IMG/VR virus record: IMGVR_UViG_3300010347_002030
Source: a virus
Taxonomy: Duplodnaviria > Caudoviricetes
Direction: 5' to 3' (one strand)
DNA length: 64,000 nucleotides
Shown here in pieces: positions 47,485-57,484 of the stretch (the stretch's first letter is position 1; each line of letters opens with the position of its first letter). A program made the position numbers and the translations under genes. Below the pieces are notes generated by a model. The model was not told where the DNA came from. It did no database searches and saw nothing but the letters and a program-made list of their open reading frames with translations.

Positions 47485-48901
47485 AATAAACGGTAAAAAG
47501 ATGAGTTTTCCGACTCGAAATGAGTTGGATGTCTATCTTCAAGCAAATAAAATGTTTGTGGATGGGGACGGGAACATTTGCGTGATGGAAGGGGCGGGGG
47601 TGGTGCCTTCGATATTGGACAAGTGGTTCGCCGAACGTGTCGAATATCGAAAACTAGCTGCGGAGTTCAAAGAAAAGGGCGATAAAGTCAAAGAATCGTT
47701 CTATGATAGACGGCAATTGCGTCAGAAGATTTTTTTGAATTCGGTCTATGGAACTTTGGGTCTTCCAGTTTTCCGTTTCTACGATAAAGACAATGCCGAG
47801 GCGACCACGGTTTCTGGACAGCATATTATCAAGATGACCGAAAAGTTTGTGAACATGTTTTATGCCGATAGGTTTGCTGCTAAGGGTAAATCGGTTTCCA
47901 AAGATTTCGTCATTTACATTGATACCGACTCGGTTTATATGTCTGCGTGGCCTTTGATGCAACTCGAAGGACGCTCAATTGACATTACAGAAGAAAATAT
48001 TCAGTATGTTATTGATCTGTCCACTCAAGTTGCTAAAGGCATCAATGAGTTTTATGAGTTTGCTATTCCCTCAATGTTCAATCTTTCCAAGCATCGTATC
48101 AAGATTACACCCGATGTAATTACGAGTACTGCTCTTTGGGTTAAGAAAAAGAGATACGCTATGATGAAGGTGTATGACATGGAGAAAAAACGTAAAGTAT
48201 TCGATAAAGATGGTACGACGCTTGGAAAACTGGAAGTTAAAGGTATCGATGTGGTTCGAACTTCCTTCCCGGCGAGATTTCGCAAGTTTTCGGGAGAATT
48301 ACTTAACATGATTCTTCGTAGGCGGTCTCAAAAAGAAATTGATGACCGAATCCTTCAAATGGAAAAGGAAATCAAGACGCTTCCGGTTGAAGAAGTAGCA
48401 AAGAATACGTCCGTTAATTTCATTAGTCGTAAGGGAGATTCCAATTATAATCCAAGTGGTCGTAAGATGTTTACCATTCCGACATCAAAAACTCCTCCAC
48501 AGGTGGGTGCGGCAATGATGTATAACGATTTACTTCGAAAATTTGGTTTACAGAAACAATATGAACCCATTCATAACGGTCAAAAAATCAAATGGGTTTA
48601 TTTGAAGGAAAATCCTTATGCATTGAAGTATCTTGCGATGAAAGCCGACGGGACCGATCCAGATGAAATTTTGGAAATAATTACAACTTACGCCGATAGA
48701 AAACAAATGTATGAGCGGGAACTAAAAACGAAAATTATGAAGTTCTACGCTGTTTTACGGTGGGTTTATCCTACGGTTACGGCTCGAATTGCTGACTCCT
48801 TCTTTAAGAAAAAAGAAGAACCACCTCCAATGACTATTCTCGAAGAAGAGGATGAAGAAGAAGAAGAAGGAATAAGGTTAGTGCCTGTTCCAGAAAACTG
48901 A
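47465..48901 (+). CDS. Family B DNA polymerase, C-terminal part (motifs B and C, thumb)
   Basis: QKIFLNSVYG, YIDTDS, KKRYA, KGIDVVR. Confidence 0.92.
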   Translation: MSEIRVEINGKKMSFPTRNELDVYLQANKMFVDGDGNICVMEGAGVVPSILDKWFAERVEYRKLAAEFKEKGDKVKESFYDRRQLRQKIFLNSVYGTLGLPVFRFYDKDNAEATTVSGQHIIKMTEKFVNMFYADRFAAKGKSVSKDFVIYIDTDSVYMSAWPLMQLEGRSIDITEENIQYVIDLSTQVAKGINEFYEFAIPSMFNLSKHRIKITPDVITSTALWVKKKRYAMMKVYDMEKKRKVFDKDGTTLGKLEVKGIDVVRTSFPARFRKFSGELLNMILRRRSQKEIDDRILQMEKEIKTLPVEEVAKNTSVNFISRKGDSNYNPSGRKMFTIPTSKTPPQVGAAMMYNDLLRKFGLQKQYEPIHNGQKIKWVYLKENPYALKYLAMKADGTDPDEILEIITTYADRKQMYERELKTKIMKFYAVLRWVYPTVTARIADSFFKKKEEPPPMTILEEEDEEEEEGIRLVPVPEN

Positions 48902-48910
48902 TATAATAAG

Positions 48911-48938
48911 TTGTCAAATGCTAAAAATCTGTTATAGT
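48911..48938 (+). promoter_or_regulatory. Sigma70-like promoter
   Basis: TTGTCA-16 nt-TATAGT with TG extension. Confidence 0.55.
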
Positions 48939-48949
48939 CCACACATAAT

Positions 48950-49702
48950 ATGCAGAAAAGCGTTCTAGAAACTTTCATCAAACGGTATAGTTTAGGCGGC
49001 ATCTGCGAAGCGGCGCATTGGTTTAGTGATGCCGAAAAAGCAACGCTCACCGCCAAAGCCCATACCGAAGAAAAGACTGTAATCCTTAAGGTTGTTCTCA
49101 AGGATTGGAAAGGAGTTGAATCTTGCCAGCTTGCCCTTCCTAGTTCAACCAAAATCAAATCCATGTTGGCCCCAATTGGGGATGAAGTTACTATTACGTT
49201 GAATAAGGTACGAGATCGGATTGTAAATTTTACAATTTCTGATAACGACTGTGAGGCGGTTTGCACAGTTGCAGAATTTGATGCATTTCCAGAGACGCCA
49301 GATCTTGATTTGGATTCGGATAATATGCCAACAGAATTTGATGTTGAAGTTCCACTGACAGAAGAATTCATTTCCAAGATGATGAAGGCGGTTTCTGCCC
49401 TAAATGAAGCTAAAGATTTTGTTGTTATGAATAATAAAAAGGGCGGACTGGACATGATAATCAACTATGAAGATACGAACACAAATCGTATTCGCCTCCC
49501 TTTGGCAGCAACTCCCGGAAAGGATAAACTCGATACTCCGTTGGGCTTTTCTACGCCTGTTCTTAAGTCCATTTTGAATGTCAATGATACTGCGGGGAAT
49601 CCAGTTCTTAAAATCTCTAGTCGTGGTATTGCAATAATCGGGTTTGAAGATCCACTTTTCAAATCTACCTATTTTCTATTCCCAACTCGGGTAATTGAAT
49701 AA
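48950..49702 (+). CDS. Sliding clamp, T4 gp45-like
   Basis: 250 aa, lies between polymerase and clamp loader, C-terminal LKISSRG..F..TYFL. Confidence 0.7.
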   Translation: MQKSVLETFIKRYSLGGICEAAHWFSDAEKATLTAKAHTEEKTVILKVVLKDWKGVESCQLALPSSTKIKSMLAPIGDEVTITLNKVRDRIVNFTISDNDCEAVCTVAEFDAFPETPDLDLDSDNMPTEFDVEVPLTEEFISKMMKAVSALNEAKDFVVMNNKKGGLDMIINYEDTNTNRIRLPLAATPGKDKLDTPLGFSTPVLKSILNVNDTAGNPVLKISSRGIAIIGFEDPLFKSTYFLFPTRVIE

Positions 49703-49705
49703 GTT

Positions 49706-50653
49706 ATGAGCGAAAAAATTCTCAAAGAAAAACGAACGTCTCAGTTCATGTGGGCCGAAAAGTATCGTCCCAAGACTCTGGATATGTTTATTGGGTCTGA
49801 AAGCGTCAAAGCCAAGATTCAGAGTTTCATTGATCAGCAAGACATTCCACATTTGCTGTTTTACGGTCCCGCTGGTGGTGGAAAAACTTCTCTTGCCAAG
49901 CTTCTCGTAAAACATTTGCCATGTGATTTTCTCTACATCAACGCATCTGACGAAAGAACGATTGATACTATCCGTGAAAAGATAGTTGGGTTTGCGGCAA
50001 CGGTTTCTTTCAAACCATTGAGGGTCATTATCCTCGACGAAGCCGATTATCTTCCTGCTTTGTCTCAGGCAGCCCTTCGCAATGTTATGGAAACCTACTC
50101 AGTCCATTCTCGGTTTATTTTGACTTGTAATTATATTGAGAGAATGACCCAACCTATTGTTTCTCGTTGTGGTGGTGGAATCAAGATTGAGCCTCCAAAG
50201 CAAGAAGAAGTGGCTTGCCTTTTGGCCTCTATTCTTGAAAATGAAGGCGTCAAATATACTGACGAAGAAATTGAGTTCATTGTCAATAGTTACCATCCGG
50301 ATGTTCGGAAAATTATTAACTTTGCTCAACAGAACGTTGAAAGGGGCAAGCTATCTATTGAAGTAAGCAACTACATCGAAACCGATTTCAAAGAGAAATT
50401 GCTTTCTTTACTAAAAACTCCAAGAAAACCGGGAGTTTTTGGTGAAATTCGTCAGTTGGTTGCGGATGCTTCGTTTTCGAACTATGATGAGTTGTATCGC
50501 TTCCTCTTTGATAAGGTGGATGAGTATGCCAAAGGCAAGGAAGCACAAGTTATTATTGAATTGGCAGATGCAGTATATCAATCATCGCTGGTATTCGAGA
50601 AAGAAATAACGTTGGTTGCGGCTCTCCAAAAACTACTTAAAACAATAGCATGA
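49706..50653 (+). CDS. Clamp loader ATPase subunit (RFC/gp44-like)
   Basis: WAEKYRP, GPAGGGKT, NASD, DEAD, SRC. Confidence 0.93.
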   Translation: MSEKILKEKRTSQFMWAEKYRPKTLDMFIGSESVKAKIQSFIDQQDIPHLLFYGPAGGGKTSLAKLLVKHLPCDFLYINASDERTIDTIREKIVGFAATVSFKPLRVIILDEADYLPALSQAALRNVMETYSVHSRFILTCNYIERMTQPIVSRCGGGIKIEPPKQEEVACLLASILENEGVKYTDEEIEFIVNSYHPDVRKIINFAQQNVERGKLSIEVSNYIETDFKEKLLSLLKTPRKPGVFGEIRQLVADASFSNYDELYRFLFDKVDEYAKGKEAQVIIELADAVYQSSLVFEKEITLVAALQKLLKTIA

Positions 50654-50898
50654 ACTTCTGGCAAAGCAAAGATAAGCGAAAATATCTTGATCTTGATGCG
50701 GTGGTTTTTTGGGACTACAGCCCCAAAGAGGCGATTATTGAGGAATTGGGAAAGTGTGATTCAAACCTTAAAGAGATATTAAAACCAGAATCATGGCTTC
50801 AAGTTGTCGTTGGTGGTTATATGCTATCGTTTAGCAACGAGGAAGCCGACGAGATTTACAATTTGTTGAATAGTAACAAAAAACTGCTTAACGGTTAA
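50650..50898 (+). CDS. Hypothetical protein
   Basis: ATGA-coupled ORF. Confidence 0.55.
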   Translation: MNFWQSKDKRKYLDLDAVVFWDYSPKEAIIEELGKCDSNLKEILKPESWLQVVVGGYMLSFSNEEADEIYNLLNSNKKLLNG

Positions 50899-50918
50899 TA
50901 AAGAAAGGAAATAGTATT

Positions 50919-51218
50919 ATGTCAAATACAACAGGTCCAGTGTGGAGAAACGAAGAAGAACGGCAAATTCTTGCTGAGGTTTACAGATCGTTCGCAACGA
51001 AATTGGACCCTGCAACTCGAAACCCAATTGCGTATCAGGAATGGTTCCGTGGGGCTGGTATTCTTCCTCCGACTACGACGCAAGAAAAGAGAACTCTAGT
51101 TATCAATTGCAACTATAAGCCTTTGCTCATGATGAAAGAAGTTATGGCTTTAGCTGAGAAGTTCAATCTGATTTTGCAACTCCGAGAAGTGGATGAGAAC
51201 GGAAACCCACGAGAATAA
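50919..51218 (+). CDS. Hypothetical protein
   Basis: GAAAGGA SD. Confidence 0.6.
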   Translation: MSNTTGPVWRNEEERQILAEVYRSFATKLDPATRNPIAYQEWFRGAGILPPTTTQEKRTLVINCNYKPLLMMKEVMALAEKFNLILQLREVDENGNPRE

Positions 51219-51439
51219 TGGACGAAAAACGTGCCATTGAGTTGATTTCGGAATTACAAGCCAAAGTCAATCGATTGACGCAGGAGCGTAATAATTACGC
51301 TACTATGCTCATTAATTACGAGGCGTTCCTGAAAAGAATCCCTCGGTCTTTACCGGGAGAGTTAGACCAAGATAGTATGACCATAAAGGAATGGCTAACT
51401 TGGGCTCTCAAGGAATTGGGTTATGAAAACACAGAATGA
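51218..51439 (+). CDS. Hypothetical coiled-coil protein
   Basis: TAATG-coupled ORF. Confidence 0.55.
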   Translation: MDEKRAIELISELQAKVNRLTQERNNYATMLINYEAFLKRIPRSLPGELDQDSMTIKEWLTWALKELGYENTE

Positions 51440-52019
51440 CCTTCCAGTTTATCTCAAACGAGTAATTCATCCTAAACCAAACCTTCTACGAGGTACGCAA
51501 TGCTATCTTATTGGTCACATGCAATATGTCAATGGAGAAAGTTGGAGGGATGATTTTACAGCTTTTGCTTTAAAACTCGGAATCAAGATATATGACCCGT
51601 ACCATAAACCGTTCATTCATGACATTCCCGAGGATGAAACTTCTCGTCAGGAAATGAAACATTGGATGATGACCGAGCAATATGACTTAGTAGCCGCCAG
51701 AATGAAGGCAGTTCGTGGGTACGACCTTCGTTGTTGTGACAAATGTGATTGGTTCGTAGCTGTCATCAAGCCACAAGTTGCTTCATGGGGTTCGGCAGAA
51801 GAAATTACAACAGTTATTCGTGAAAAGAAACCTTTGTTCCTTGTTATTGACGACCCATTGGGTAAACGGGCAACTCCTCTATGGCTGATGGGTGTAATGC
51901 CGCACAAATACATCTACAATAATATCGAGGAGGTCAAAGAAATGGTAACGGCCATTGATTCGGGTGTAGTAAAAATGAGCAGTGACCGATGGAAACTGTT
52001 CAAACCAGAAAAGAGATAA
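51423..52019 (+). CDS. Nucleoside 2-deoxyribosyltransferase-like protein
   Basis: YLIGHM..WR, DP, DL..D, GSAEE. Confidence 0.7.
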   Translation: MKTQNDLPVYLKRVIHPKPNLLRGTQCYLIGHMQYVNGESWRDDFTAFALKLGIKIYDPYHKPFIHDIPEDETSRQEMKHWMMTEQYDLVAARMKAVRGYDLRCCDKCDWFVAVIKPQVASWGSAEEITTVIREKKPLFLVIDDPLGKRATPLWLMGVMPHKYIYNNIEEVKEMVTAIDSGVVKMSSDRWKLFKPEKR

Positions 52020-52023
52020 AGTT

Positions 52024-52363
52024 ATGTCAAATCCCGCAGGACCAATTCCACAACATTGGTACGGAAATTTTCCGGCGTCTATGAAACGTCCTCTTGTAGC
52101 GATGATTTTCGACGCACGTTTTCAAGAGGATATTATCAGTAGGAGAAAAAGTTCTTCTGAGTAGTCCCCCCGGTGGAGCAGCATGGTCTGCTATGGTCAA
52201 GCTAACCTCGGTTAAACATTGTCAATTAAAAGACGTTTCCACCCAAGATTTGAATGATGGTGGTATGAATACATTAGAAGATGTCATAAGAGACTCTGGT
52301 CGGATTTACGATGGAATGAACGAAGAATCTCTTGTGACTGTGTTTCGGTGGAAATTGATATGA
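52024..52363 (+). pseudogene. ASCH-domain gene broken by an out-of-frame deletion
   Basis: Frame 1 reads ..MIFDARFQEDIIS; the +1 frame reads VGEKVLL..TSVKH..DG..Y..SLVTVFRW to TGA 52363; the GxK..TIR core is missing. Confidence 0.55.
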
Positions 52364-52593
52364 AATTAAACGAACTTATTTTTCATTTGGAACAAATAAA
52401 GGAAGTGCTTCAAACAAGCAGAATTGACCCCAATAAGATTGAAGTTGTGTTTGTAGCCGATGTCCTTAAGGGACGAGAAGAAGTTCTCAAAAACAAGAAA
52501 ACAATTACTTCCACACATCTGAATGCGAGGGAGGAAGTTCTTATGTTTTTCGACGCAACATCATGGGAACAGTATCAAAAAGCGTTGAAATAA
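52360..52593 (+). CDS. Hypothetical protein
   Basis: ATGA-coupled ORF, MKLNELI. Confidence 0.55.
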   Translation: MKLNELIFHLEQIKEVLQTSRIDPNKIEVVFVADVLKGREEVLKNKKTITSTHLNAREEVLMFFDATSWEQYQKALK

Positions 52594-52627
52594 CCTTGGA
52601 TGGGGCAATTACAATCCTTATACCAAA

Positions 52628-53020
52628 ATGAAAGGTAAACTGATATATTTAGCGGTGCCTTATACACATTCCGACCAGAAGGTAGTGTTGGATAGATTCC
52701 ATCGAGTTAACAAAGTTGCTGGTCTTCTAATGGAAAAGGGAAATCATGTCTTCTCTCCAATTTCTCATTTCCATCCCATTGCGATGGCTCATTCACTCCC
52801 TATGGAGTGGGAGTACTGGTTGAAACATGACGAAGTAATGCTCTCTAGATGCACAGTCGTCTATGTGTTAATGATAGATGGTTGGAGAGAATCCAAGGGC
52901 GTCAACGCAGAAATTGAACTTGCCAAAAAATACGATATTCCCGTGGTGTATATCAATGAACAATGTGAAGTACAAAGCATTTTTTGTGATTGTACTTTTG
53001 AAGTTGATGACGGTTTATAA
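52628..53020 (+). CDS. DUF1937-like protein (deoxyribosyltransferase fold)
   Basis: IYLAVPYT, FSPISHFH, GWRESKGVNAE. Confidence 0.75.
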   Translation: MKGKLIYLAVPYTHSDQKVVLDRFHRVNKVAGLLMEKGNHVFSPISHFHPIAMAHSLPMEWEYWLKHDEVMLSRCTVVYVLMIDGWRESKGVNAEIELAKKYDIPVVYINEQCEVQSIFCDCTFEVDDGL

Positions 53021-53046
53021 AATGTGTTGTCCATTAAAAAAAGATT

Positions 53047-53073
53047 ACCGCCATCCTGTTGATGGCGGTTTTT
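53047..53073 (+). terminator. Rho-independent terminator
   Basis: ACCGCCATC-ctgtt-GATGGCGGT-TTTT. Confidence 0.8.
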
Positions 53074-53124
53074 GTTTATAATAAGTTGATTTCCAGAAAG
53101 TGCTATGCCATGCTATTTACATCT

Positions 53125-54234
53125 ATGGACGAAAGCGTTTTTGATTTAATTGATGTTTCTGTGAAAGACCCGTTGCGAGAAAATGGGGTTCTCTACGTTG
53201 GTCAATATGGAACAAGTGGTTACGCCATCGCCGCAAAAGGTTACATCTGTGATTTTCTCATGAGAGGCGTTCCTGTTTCATGGGTTCCTCTAAAGTTTGA
53301 TGACTCGGAATTGTCAGATGATAATCACTATAATGTGCTTGCAAAAACGGCCATTAATAAAAGCATAACAAATATCCGTTCTATTATTCTTCATTGTACG
53401 GCAGACCTTTGGCCCAAGTATAAAGAAGAGAATAAGGATAAATTTGCAAATAGAAATGTCGTTGGATATACCGTATGGGAAACAAATAGACTTCCCGAGT
53501 CGTGGTCACAATATATCAATGAAAATGTGAATGAAGTATGGTGTCCTTCAAAGTTCAACGAACAGGTGTTTAGAAGTTCTGGGGTAACAATTCCTATCAG
53601 AATTGTTCCTCATGTGTTTCTAAAATCTAATTTACCAGATAAAGCTCAAATATCTTTGCGGACCTGTTCAGGCGAACCCATCGGAAACGATCCTAACGTG
53701 ATAACGTTTTACAGCATTAGCGAACTTAATGAACGAAAAAATGTTATTGGGTTGATTGATGCTTTTTGTAAAGCATTCACGAAAAAAGATGCCGTGCGTC
53801 TTATTCTAAAAGTTCATTACAAAAACTATTCTCCACAGAATATTACCTATTGTGTAAGCAAAATATCAAATGCTTTACGAAAATATCCGGATCACCCTCC
53901 AGTGTACTTGCTAGCAAAAAATCTTACAGAGTTGGAACTTTTGGCCATTCATTCTCTCGGTGATTGTTATATAACGACAACACGCTCCGAAGCCTTTGGA
54001 CTCACAATTTTTGATGCTTTCCATTATGGCAGAAAAGTCATTGCTACTGCTTACGGAGGTCAGGTCGATTATCTTGGAGCAGGTTATGCGGGGTTGGTTA
54101 GTTATGACTTGGTTGATGTTAAAAACATGGAAAATTTCACCCATGGATACTATATGCAGGGGGAGCAAAAATGGGCAGAACCAAATCTTGATCATGCTGT
54201 AGCAATTATGAGACAAGTTTATCAGTCGCAATGA
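53125..54234 (+). CDS. GT4-like glycosyltransferase
   Basis: SGYA, WET..P, PS.FN, ERKN, SEAFGL; start follows TATTTACA-tct. Confidence 0.88.
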   Translation: MDESVFDLIDVSVKDPLRENGVLYVGQYGTSGYAIAAKGYICDFLMRGVPVSWVPLKFDDSELSDDNHYNVLAKTAINKSITNIRSIILHCTADLWPKYKEENKDKFANRNVVGYTVWETNRLPESWSQYINENVNEVWCPSKFNEQVFRSSGVTIPIRIVPHVFLKSNLPDKAQISLRTCSGEPIGNDPNVITFYSISELNERKNVIGLIDAFCKAFTKKDAVRLILKVHYKNYSPQNITYCVSKISNALRKYPDHPPVYLLAKNLTELELLAIHSLGDCYITTTRSEAFGLTIFDAFHYGRKVIATAYGGQVDYLGAGYAGLVSYDLVDVKNMENFTHGYYMQGEQKWAEPNLDHAVAIMRQVYQSQ

Positions 54235-55199
54235 AAATTTTGTTCATACCTGTTGAGGCCCAACACGACTACCAGAGCGATACTTTTCATTGGGGCCTTC
54301 GCCATTTGGAGCACCATAATTCAGATGTCTTCGTGGCTAAAACGTTTCATAATCCACGACTTCTTCGAGCTAACTATGATCCAACGTGGTCTCATTGCAC
54401 TTATTATGGTAAATGGGACTGTACGTATCCTATGGTGAATATGGAGGAAATTAATGCAAAAATTGCTGATAAGTTTTATGATTTGATAATCTGGATGGAT
54501 GCATTAAGAGACGCCGATAGGGGAAGATTAGACTGGGTGTACAAAATCTATGGAAATAGATTATTTATTGTTGATGGGGATGATGCTCAAGATAAGCCAT
54601 ACATGGAAGAACTCAAGAACTATCCAAATCTTAAGTATTTCCGAAAGTCTCTAAATTACATTATTAAGTACGAGCACAACAATATTTTTCCTATTGATTT
54701 TGGGTTTCCGGATGAATTAGTGAGTGAAGGTCCGTTTGAAAAGAAGAAATTGGTTGCGAGCATTATTCCCGGCGACGAGACGACGTATATTTTACCTGAA
54801 TCAAGATATTATGCAGAATATCGCCAATCAAGATATGCCTATACTTATTCTAAATGTGGATGGAGTTGTTTGAGGCATCTTGAAATTATGTTCAATCGAT
54901 GTATCCCAATTTTTCTTGATTTGGAGTTTTGTCCTGAATACATTCTACATTTTTATCCAAAACAGCTTTTGCGGAAAGTATTGCTCGACCATGTAATAGT
55001 TAATAGAAAGCAATTGCATTACGATACTATTCAATTACATGGTAAAAATGAATATTGGATTAATACGATTCGTAATGAATTGATTTTACCCAAAAAGGTT
55101 CCTCAATATGAGGAAGTTGAACAACAAATTTTCGATCATTGTAAGAAACATTTAACATGTTCGGCGATGGTCAGGTACCTGTTAAATCATTATGATTGA
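54231..55199 (+). CDS. Putative GT-B glycosyltransferase
   Basis: DGDD, YF, KCGWSCLRHLEI..CIP.F; cluster context. Confidence 0.6.
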   Translation: MKILFIPVEAQHDYQSDTFHWGLRHLEHHNSDVFVAKTFHNPRLLRANYDPTWSHCTYYGKWDCTYPMVNMEEINAKIADKFYDLIIWMDALRDADRGRLDWVYKIYGNRLFIVDGDDAQDKPYMEELKNYPNLKYFRKSLNYIIKYEHNNIFPIDFGFPDELVSEGPFEKKKLVASIIPGDETTYILPESRYYAEYRQSRYAYTYSKCGWSCLRHLEIMFNRCIPIFLDLEFCPEYILHFYPKQLLRKVLLDHVIVNRKQLHYDTIQLHGKNEYWINTIRNELILPKKVPQYEEVEQQIFDHCKKHLTCSAMVRYLLNHYD

Positions 55200-55848
55200 T
55201 TATTTCAAACTATTTGGACTTGCAAATCCTTACGAAAGATTTCGTGGTAATCCAAATCTTCAATTGAAAATGCATGGGTGGAATGGAAATCTCCCATTCT
55301 TTGAGACGATTATCACCGAAACTCGTCCAACAACCATCATTGAGATTGGTAGTTTTCTTGGTAAATCGGCGACGAACATGGGTAGGATTACGAAAAAACT
55401 TGGGATCGATACTGCGATTCTTTGCATCGATACGTGGTTAGGTTCAGATGAACATTGGAGAACCGATGGGTGTAATATGCTTAATTGGTGGGACAATTTT
55501 TCACGGGGAACCTCCGTAATGTATGATCAATTTATAATTAACATTATTTTAGCGGGGTTAGATGATAGAGTCTTCCCCCTTCCTAACACATCGACAACCA
55601 TTTACAAAATGCTCAAATGGAAACAGGTTACTGCCGACTTGATTTATGTTGATGGAAGCCACGATAAAGAAGACGTGAAAAAGGATATTCGGATGTATTG
55701 GGAAATTCTAAATCCCGGTGGAACAATGTTTGGAGATGATTACATAGCGTGGAAAGATGTCCGTGATGCAGTTAATGAATCTTCTGTTTCCATGGGGGTT
55801 CCAGTCGTTGTAAGAGAACAGCCCTTTTGGACATTGAAAAAGGTATGA
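55192..55848 (+). CDS. Class I SAM methyltransferase (Methyltransf_24-like)
   Basis: IEIGSFLGKS, IDTW, IYVDGSH, GDDY. Confidence 0.88.
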   Translation: MIDYFKLFGLANPYERFRGNPNLQLKMHGWNGNLPFFETIITETRPTTIIEIGSFLGKSATNMGRITKKLGIDTAILCIDTWLGSDEHWRTDGCNMLNWWDNFSRGTSVMYDQFIINIILAGLDDRVFPLPNTSTTIYKMLKWKQVTADLIYVDGSHDKEDVKKDIRMYWEILNPGGTMFGDDYIAWKDVRDAVNESSVSMGVPVVVREQPFWTLKKV

Positions 55849-56930
55849 AATACTTCGACAAGAAAATCTTGTTTGTTTGTACTTTGAACTCCAGTTTGGG
55901 AGATACAGTATTGAACGCCTATACTTGGGTTGGGAAGTTAAAAAATCTCCACCCAAGATCGATTGTTCATGGTTTACTTAATTGTCAAAGTTACACCAAT
56001 GCGGGACACATTCTTGTTCGAAAAGGTCTGTTTGATTATATCTATCCGGCCAATCTCATGGGGACAACTATCGAAACCATGGATTCCTTCCTTCTGAGAA
56101 CTCTCAAACTTACAAAATATGATATCGTTTTGTTTTCTCCGTGGGATAAAATTGAGACCCATGACAGTCTTAAAACGATGTTTCCGGACGCAATCTTTCT
56201 TTGGACGAATAGAGTGGAGTCATTTGGGACAACAGAAGATATCATTGATTACCAAACTAGAGTCGGTGGATTCAATGTTCACCACTTCAATGGAAATGTT
56301 TTGCCGAGTTTATATCATCAGAACCTCAATCGGATCTTCGTTAATGACTGTTTGGAAATAGCCCGAAACAAAAGCTATGAGAAAACGGTTTGTTTGTTTG
56401 GTGCATCTTCACGAGCATTGGCGAACGTCTCGTATGTAGGAATGCAAAAGGTGGTTGAAATCTGTAATAAGAACGGCTTTTTCTGTTTTGTTTGTGGAAC
56501 ACATTCTTACAATGTTTACACGCCAACTTCTAATGGAGTTGATTGGAAGGTCGTTTACGAAAGAGATTATGGCGATGGTTCTTGCAACGTCGATGGAACG
56601 GGATGGGAAAAAACCATTTCCCTCATGGAAGCCACGACAGCGACCATTACTGGACCAACCGGAGCAGTAATGATTCCTCCACTTTTCGGGGTAAAATTGA
56701 TTTGGCTATCTGGTGGAGATAGTAGAATCATGGAAGGATGTCTCCATTCTTTTACCAATCGGGAGAATATGAATAGAATTCCGTGTTCATGTCCATTTCA
56801 TCCGTGTGGACCCAATACTGTTTCGCATAATGAAGAAAAAGCAAAAAAATGTGCCGAGTTAAGAATGCCATTATGTCTGAATGACGAATTGAATACCGAG
56901 GAACTTGATAAAGTTTTGAAAACTATATGA
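55845..56930 (+). CDS. GT9 (heptosyltransferase)-like glycosyltransferase
   Basis: SSLGDTV, ITGPTG, C-terminal CSCP.HPC..C..C. Confidence 0.6.
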   Translation: MKYFDKKILFVCTLNSSLGDTVLNAYTWVGKLKNLHPRSIVHGLLNCQSYTNAGHILVRKGLFDYIYPANLMGTTIETMDSFLLRTLKLTKYDIVLFSPWDKIETHDSLKTMFPDAIFLWTNRVESFGTTEDIIDYQTRVGGFNVHHFNGNVLPSLYHQNLNRIFVNDCLEIARNKSYEKTVCLFGASSRALANVSYVGMQKVVEICNKNGFFCFVCGTHSYNVYTPTSNGVDWKVVYERDYGDGSCNVDGTGWEKTISLMEATTATITGPTGAVMIPPLFGVKLIWLSGGDSRIMEGCLHSFTNRENMNRIPCSCPFHPCGPNTVSHNEEKAKKCAELRMPLCLNDELNTEELDKVLKTI

Positions 56931-57484
56931 AGACATTAATTCAACTGGGGTGTAATACTGGATCGGACATTTTGGATTTTGTGAAAGCATCGGATTATGA
57001 TTTTATTCTACTTGTTGATGCCAATCCTTTCTGCATAGAAGCAGCCAAGAATCTGTTCAAAAATGTTCAGAATGTTTATTATGATGTTCAGGCAATCAGT
57101 GCTGAGGCAAAACCAGTTACGTTTTATATTCCCCATTACGAGATTCACAAAACGTCGGCACATAGCTCGTTGAGCAAATCTCATGTATTAAAACACGGGC
57201 ACGATGAACAAATGATGAAAGAAATTCAGATGCAGTCAATTACTTTCAATGATCTTATGAAACGGCATAGTCTCTCCTCTGTGGATAGACTTTATATCGA
57301 CTGTGAAGGAGAAGATGTTCCAATTGTTCTATCTATTGACTTTACCTCTTTTCAGATTAACTACATCAAATACGAACACGGACATGCCTCCGAAAAAGAT
57401 AAACAGAAGGCGGTTCAATATCTTCAAGATAACGGATATGTATTAGAAATTTCGGGCGGTGATACGATAGCAACCAAATCATGA
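56927..57484 (+). CDS. FkbM-family methyltransferase
   Basis: QLGCNTG, DANP, IDCEGED, YEH. Confidence 0.82.
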   Translation: MKTLIQLGCNTGSDILDFVKASDYDFILLVDANPFCIEAAKNLFKNVQNVYYDVQAISAEAKPVTFYIPHYEIHKTSAHSSLSKSHVLKHGHDEQMMKEIQMQSITFNDLMKRHSLSSVDRLYIDCEGEDVPIVLSIDFTSFQINYIKYEHGHASEKDKQKAVQYLQDNGYVLEISGGDTIATKS

